This document shows positions 26,367 to 29,991 of a stretch of 29,991 bases of DNA, one piece after another. The notes under the pieces were generated by a model. The model did no database searches. It had not been told where the DNA came from and was given only the letters and a program-made list of their open reading frames with translations. This DNA comes from Candidatus Woesearchaeota archaeon. GTDB lineage: Archaea; Nanobdellota; Nanobdellia; SCGC-AAA011-G17; GW2011-AR18. Position numbers and translations under genes: made by a program. The stretch spans positions 1 to 29,991 of the forward strand of contig JAGVZG010000027.1 of assembly GCA_018302765.1 (NCBI GenBank), written 5' to 3'. The stretch's first letter is position 1. Every line of letters begins with the position of its first letter.

Positions 26367-27125
26367 CTAAATAACATTCTCTTCTGGATAAAGAACTATT
26401 CCTTTGTCTTTTATCCTAAAAGGTATTATCTTCTCCTCAAACTTGGTTCCTCTCATCTTTATAATTTCAAAAACTCTTCTTCTGACGTTCCCCTTAGTAG
26501 TATTTAAAAGAATCATAACACTATCAACTTCAAAATCAACAAAACTAGCCTTTCGTTTATCAGGCTCAGCTTCCTGTTCAAGCGTTAAAAGTGTTGTGCA
26601 CCCATATTTTGATATTAAGGAAAACAACTCAAGCAAAGCTTCTCTGCCAGCGAGCTCATTAGGAAACAACAAAGTAAAACCATTTATTGAATCAATCACT
26701 AAACGTTTTGCTTTTATTCCCTGCATAGCTCTCTCAATTTCCCCTCCGCCCTCCTGAAGCAATGCCTTAACCTGCTCAGGACTGTATCTTAAAAATATAA
26801 ACTTCTTGGCCTTCTCCAAATCCATTAAATTCCAGCCAAATTTTGACATATACTTATAAAAATTTTCCTTTGTTTCCTCAAAAGAAACATACACACCATT
26901 TTCCCCAACTTCAATGCCTTTAAGCAAAAATTGCAGTGCAAATATAGTTTTGCCAGAACCAGGGCCGCCAGAAACTAAATTAGTGGACCCATCAACAAAA
27001 CCACCTTGTACTAAATTATCTAACCCAACTATTCCAGTAGAAATACGTTTAAAAGCTAAATTCTTCTTTGATTTTTTATTCAGCTTGCTATCTTGCTTCT
27101 TTTTCTTTAGATTTCTTTTTTTCAT
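26367..27125 (-). CDS. Single-domain KaiC-like RecA-superfamily ATPase
   Basis: ISTGIVGLD, GGPGSGKT, SFEE, LVIDSI, KMRGT; Lys-rich N-terminal extension. Confidence 0.9.
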   Translation of the reverse strand: MKKRNLKKKKQDSKLNKKSKKNLAFKRISTGIVGLDNLVQGGFVDGSTNLVSGGPGSGKTIFALQFLLKGIEVGENGVYVSFEETKENFYKYMSKFGWNLMDLEKAKKFIFLRYSPEQVKALLQEGGGEIERAMQGIKAKRLVIDSINGFTLLFPNELAGREALLELFSLISKYGCTTLLTLEQEAEPDKRKASFVDFEVDSVMILLNTTKGNVRRRVFEIIKMRGTKFEEKIIPFRIKDKGIVLYPEENVI

Positions 27126-27694
27126 GGTTCAACAAAGTAATTTCCCTTTCCATCAGAAAGATCTACTACACTATCACAATAACCGCTTAATTTTTTTATA
27201 AATGATTCATCTAACTCCTCTTTTATAGCCAGTAAGATAGTTGCTGCCTTTGACTTTTTATTCTTCTGGGACAGCAAATGAACAAACTTAACTAAATCAT
27301 TAGTACTATTATACAAAGAAAGCGTTGATAATGAATCTATAACTACAAAATTATTTTTAGTGCTTTTCAAACAACCTGCAATATTAATTGAAATTTCAGT
27401 TAGGTCAGAAGGGTGATTAACATAAATAACCTTTGATTTGGCATTGATTGTATCGCCACCAAGTTTGCTTATTGTATCAATAAAACACAGATTGTTATAA
27501 TCTACTTTATACTTTTTCAATAAATCAACAAAGTAAGAATGACTTTTAGTTGCAGAAACAAAAACCAGTTTCCTTGAACCGCTTGAATGTTCTTTAAAAA
27601 GCTTCAAAACAAAACCAACATAGTTTTTTGAATTTATTATAGCTATAACTATATCTCCATATTTAAATTTTAAAATATCATTAAATTTATTCAT
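27122..27694 (-). CDS. Degenerate KaiC/RecA-like protein without a Walker A motif
   Basis: FIDTIS, VVIDSLSTL, YCDSVVDL retained; no GxxxxGKT. ATG at 27694 is preferred over TTG at 27700. Confidence 0.72.
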   Translation of the reverse strand: MNKFNDILKFKYGDIVIAIINSKNYVGFVLKLFKEHSSGSRKLVFVSATKSHSYFVDLLKKYKVDYNNLCFIDTISKLGGDTINAKSKVIYVNHPSDLTEISINIAGCLKSTKNNFVVIDSLSTLSLYNSTNDLVKFVHLLSQKNKKSKAATILLAIKEELDESFIKKLSGYCDSVVDLSDGKGNYFVEP

Positions 27695-27700
27695 AGGCAA

Positions 27701-28432
27701 TCACTTTATATCATGAATAACTATTCCGTCTTTGCTTATCTCAAGAGGATGTATATCTTCTTCATTTCTCGTTCTTCTCATTTTCTTGACTATTAAACTT
27801 CTGGAGTATTTACCACCCATTGGTTCAAAAGAAATTTTAATAACACCATCACACATAAATTCTGCCAGATCACTTTTATCAACTAGGTTTTCAGAAGATT
27901 GCTGAGTGAGTAAAGTAGTAATGCCATTAATATCTTTAAGCTTGTCAGTAAATTCATATATAAATCTCCTGATAGCAAAATCATTAACTTCATTCAATTT
28001 CATATAAGCTGTTGGGATTTTTATAGATAAACTAGACAAAGAATCTATAACTAATCTTTTTGCGCCAAATTTTTCAACTTTACTAAATAACTGCTCCATA
28101 TAACCTTTTTTCAGTTCAAAAGTACGAATTGTTATTAACTGCAATAAACCATCCCTCTCTAACTTAGCTAAATCCCATCCAAACTGCTTTGCCTGTTCCA
28201 ACAAACTGTTCCTATCTTCCTCCAAAGTTATAAAAACGCCTCTTTCATTAAACTTTTTCGCACCATTGAATAAATAATTTAATCCAAATATTGTTTTGCC
28301 TGTACCTGGCTGGCCAGAAAGCAACACTATAGAACCCAATGGAAAACCACCATCAACAAGTTTATCAAATCCCTTGATACCTGTAATCACCCTTCCCATA
28401 ATGTAGTTTTCCATATCTAACTTAAAAATCAT
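27701..28432 (-). CDS. Second single-domain KaiC-like ATPase
   Basis: ITGIKGFD, GQPGTGKT, TLEE, LVIDSL, KMRRT; the true start may be a downstream Met. Confidence 0.9.
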   Translation of the reverse strand: MIFKLDMENYIMGRVITGIKGFDKLVDGGFPLGSIVLLSGQPGTGKTIFGLNYLFNGAKKFNERGVFITLEEDRNSLLEQAKQFGWDLAKLERDGLLQLITIRTFELKKGYMEQLFSKVEKFGAKRLVIDSLSSLSIKIPTAYMKLNEVNDFAIRRFIYEFTDKLKDINGITTLLTQQSSENLVDKSDLAEFMCDGVIKISFEPMGGKYSRSLIVKKMRRTRNEEDIHPLEISKDGIVIHDIK

Positions 28433-28522
28433 TTGGAATAACTCAATAGTAGTTAACTAATTTATTAAAAAGATAAAAAACATCCAAACCAATCATTAAA
28501 AAATTATAAGTTTAATATCTAT

Positions 28523-29215
28523 ATGAAAATAAAAAGAGTGACAAATAGAGGAGATTTGCTTGGGCACTTAAAAGCAAGATATAGTGCATATACTTTTAAT
28601 AATTATTTAAAAAAAAACACTGATGGCTTAGATATAGATATTTATGATTTTTTTTCTGAACACCTGGTAGTTGTAGAAAATAATATGGTAATAGGGACTA
28701 TGAGAATGATTACTACAAACAAAAGAACAGCACTGCAAAAAGAATTGGAAGATATTGTGTGGAGAACAAGTGATAGTTGCTTTGATAAAATTAAATATGC
28801 CTTATATAAAAATAGACTAGAAGAAATAAGAGTTAATCTACTTCCAACTCTAGCTTATTTTGACCTATTAAGTAATATAAAAAGTCTTGGTTATAGAATT
28901 GAAGAAACAGTAGAATTCAGCAGAAATAGTGTACATCCAGAATACCGTGGCAATGGGGTATCAAGAACTTCTCTTACAGCAATTTATGCACTAGCAAGAA
29001 ACTATAATCCAAAATGTGTTATAGGGTCATGCAAACAAGGCGAAGAGCCATTTTATAAAAAACACGGCTATAGTGTAATTGATCATGATATAAAGCCAAA
29101 TCCAATGAATGGTGTGCCATCTGTAGCATTAATTCTAGACTTCAAAAATCTGCCTAGAGAAATTAATGAAAAAGTAGACAGAATAAAATTTGATAGAGAA
29201 ATAGAATTTATTTAG
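28523..29215 (+). CDS. GNAT-fold N-acyltransferase of the LuxI / FeeM (N-acyl amino acid synthase)-like type
   Basis: ARYSAY, GLDIDIYD..SEH, IGTMRM, LLP, VEFSRNSVHPEYRG, PFYKKHGY, PMNGVPSVALILD. Confidence 0.72.
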   Translation: MKIKRVTNRGDLLGHLKARYSAYTFNNYLKKNTDGLDIDIYDFFSEHLVVVENNMVIGTMRMITTNKRTALQKELEDIVWRTSDSCFDKIKYALYKNRLEEIRVNLLPTLAYFDLLSNIKSLGYRIEETVEFSRNSVHPEYRGNGVSRTSLTAIYALARNYNPKCVIGSCKQGEEPFYKKHGYSVIDHDIKPNPMNGVPSVALILDFKNLPREINEKVDRIKFDREIEFI

Positions 29216-29858
29216 TAATAATCTTCCATTTTGTAGCTAACTGATTTTCATAATTTTTATTTAAAAATTTCTCAAATCCATTAATTTGTTTTTTATTCCA
29301 TTTGTCTATCGGCTTGATAATAAACTCACAAAAAACATCTCCTTTGGCAATACACCTTGTTTCTAAACAAAACATTTGTTTTCCGCAAACACCTTCTAAG
29401 CAGCCAGCTGCCAAACCAGCCATAGTAAAATCAACAGGAAATTTTTGTAGGCCTACTAAAGATTTATACTCCTGAGCATATGTAGAACTTGTCTTGAAAA
29501 TAAATTCAAGGCTTTCAAAATCTAATTTTATAATGTCAACTTTACCATGACCTAATAATTCAAACTGACCAACATTAAAATCAAGCAGCCTCTTTTTATC
29601 CAATAATGTGTCTGCATAACCAAACTTCTCATTTACTATTTTTACTCCAGTTTTGGCCTGCAATTTTGCTATAAGATACTGCAAAGGCCTGCATTTACTG
29701 CCAAATTCCTTAAGCAAAATAAAATTTTTATAAACTTCCATCTGAATTGGAGTAAGTATACAAGGAGTATCCCAAAGAACCAGGTCACTGCCTTTATATT
29801 GCAATGCTCTTAGTCTTGCTACTTTCTGTATTATTGGTGGTGGTAAACTAAGTGCCAT
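29208..29858 (-). CDS. V4R (4-vinyl reductase) domain ligand-binding protein, stand-alone
   Basis: LLGHGKV, PVDFTMAGLAAG, ETRCIAKGDVFCEF. ATG at 29858 is preferred over TTG at 29873; 8-bp convergent overlap with the GNAT. Confidence 0.85.
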   Translation of the reverse strand: MALSLPPPIIQKVARLRALQYKGSDLVLWDTPCILTPIQMEVYKNFILLKEFGSKCRPLQYLIAKLQAKTGVKIVNEKFGYADTLLDKKRLLDFNVGQFELLGHGKVDIIKLDFESLEFIFKTSSTYAQEYKSLVGLQKFPVDFTMAGLAAGCLEGVCGKQMFCLETRCIAKGDVFCEFIIKPIDKWNKKQINGFEKFLNKNYENQLATKWKIITK

Positions 29859-29893
29859 TTTAGTTATTATCAAGTATTAATTAATATTTAAAT

Positions 29894-29991
29894 TTAAGCA
29901 ACTGTTATGCCTGAAACAGTTAATGACGTTCCAGTAACAGTAACACTTGTCTTGTCTTTCAACTGTGCCTTGAATGCATCAGGATTCTTTA
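29894..29991 (-). CDS. 3' end of a probable S-layer protein, truncated by the window edge
   Basis: My translation ...KNPDAFKAQLKDKTSVTVTGTSLTVSGITVA* resembles, from recall, the C-termini of Methanococcus-type/DPANN S-layer proteins. Confidence 0.5.
   Translation of the reverse strand, partial: KNPDAFKAQLKDKTSVTVTGTSLTVSGITVA

Noticed and set aside
36-27201. Short antisense/overlapping ORFs in the track (36..356, 2082..2342, 7265..7495, 7901..8125, 8885..9106, 9796..10023, 10548..10742, 12904..13263, 13467..13661, 13993..14184, 16156..16482, 16540..16809, 16855..17052, 17854..18135, 19672..19968, 20011..20289, 20943..21170, 23327..23533, 23733..23945, 25143..25388, 25901..26086, 26093..26287, 26404..26757, 26914..27201)
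   Set aside because: Shadow ORFs lying within well-supported genes, with S/L/F/I-rich antisense composition and no motifs.
17403-28432. Archaellum operon with KaiC-like ArlH
   Set aside because: Two TadB/C-like genes rather than one ArlJ, no archaellin-like or ArlF/G sequences, and the KaiC-like genes are not adjacent to the ATPase.

Overview
Very AT-rich (roughly 28-30% GC by eye), densely coding archaeal DNA, most consistent with a DPANN/Nanobdellota (Woesearchaeota/Pacearchaeota-like) chromosome. This assignment is an inference from a BHB-intron tRNA, Mre11-Rad50, archaeal RNase J, DUF460, class III signal-peptide pilins, an S-layer-like C-terminus and TATA boxes ~30 nt upstream of start codons. 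Left part: a prenyltransferase-repeat/winged-helix protein, a small rubredoxin-like protein missed by the ORF track, and a tight hisG(short form)-tRNA-His-hisS cluster. The tRNA carries two BHB introns and an unusual U73, and hisG has an anomalous 5' end. Several orphans, an FG-GAP lipoprotein and a surface protein follow. Middle: DEAD-box helicase, DUF460, YdeN-type hydrolase, mre11-rad50, a U32/TrhP-type Fe-S protein plus ferredoxin, and RNase J. Right part: a type IV pilus locus (ATPase, two TadC-like platform proteins, five minor pilins, a divergent major pilin), a protein whose C-terminus resembles a DGR variable region, three KaiC-like proteins (one degenerate), a LuxI/FeeM-fold GNAT converging on a V4R ligand-binding protein, and the 3' end of a probable S-layer gene. 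Best candidate novel systems: (1) a GNAT signal synthase / V4R sensor / KaiC hub / type IV pilus module; (2) a His cluster in which HisRS may stand in for HisZ. No CRISPR array, rRNA or transposase was seen. All family calls come from motif recognition, not database searches.
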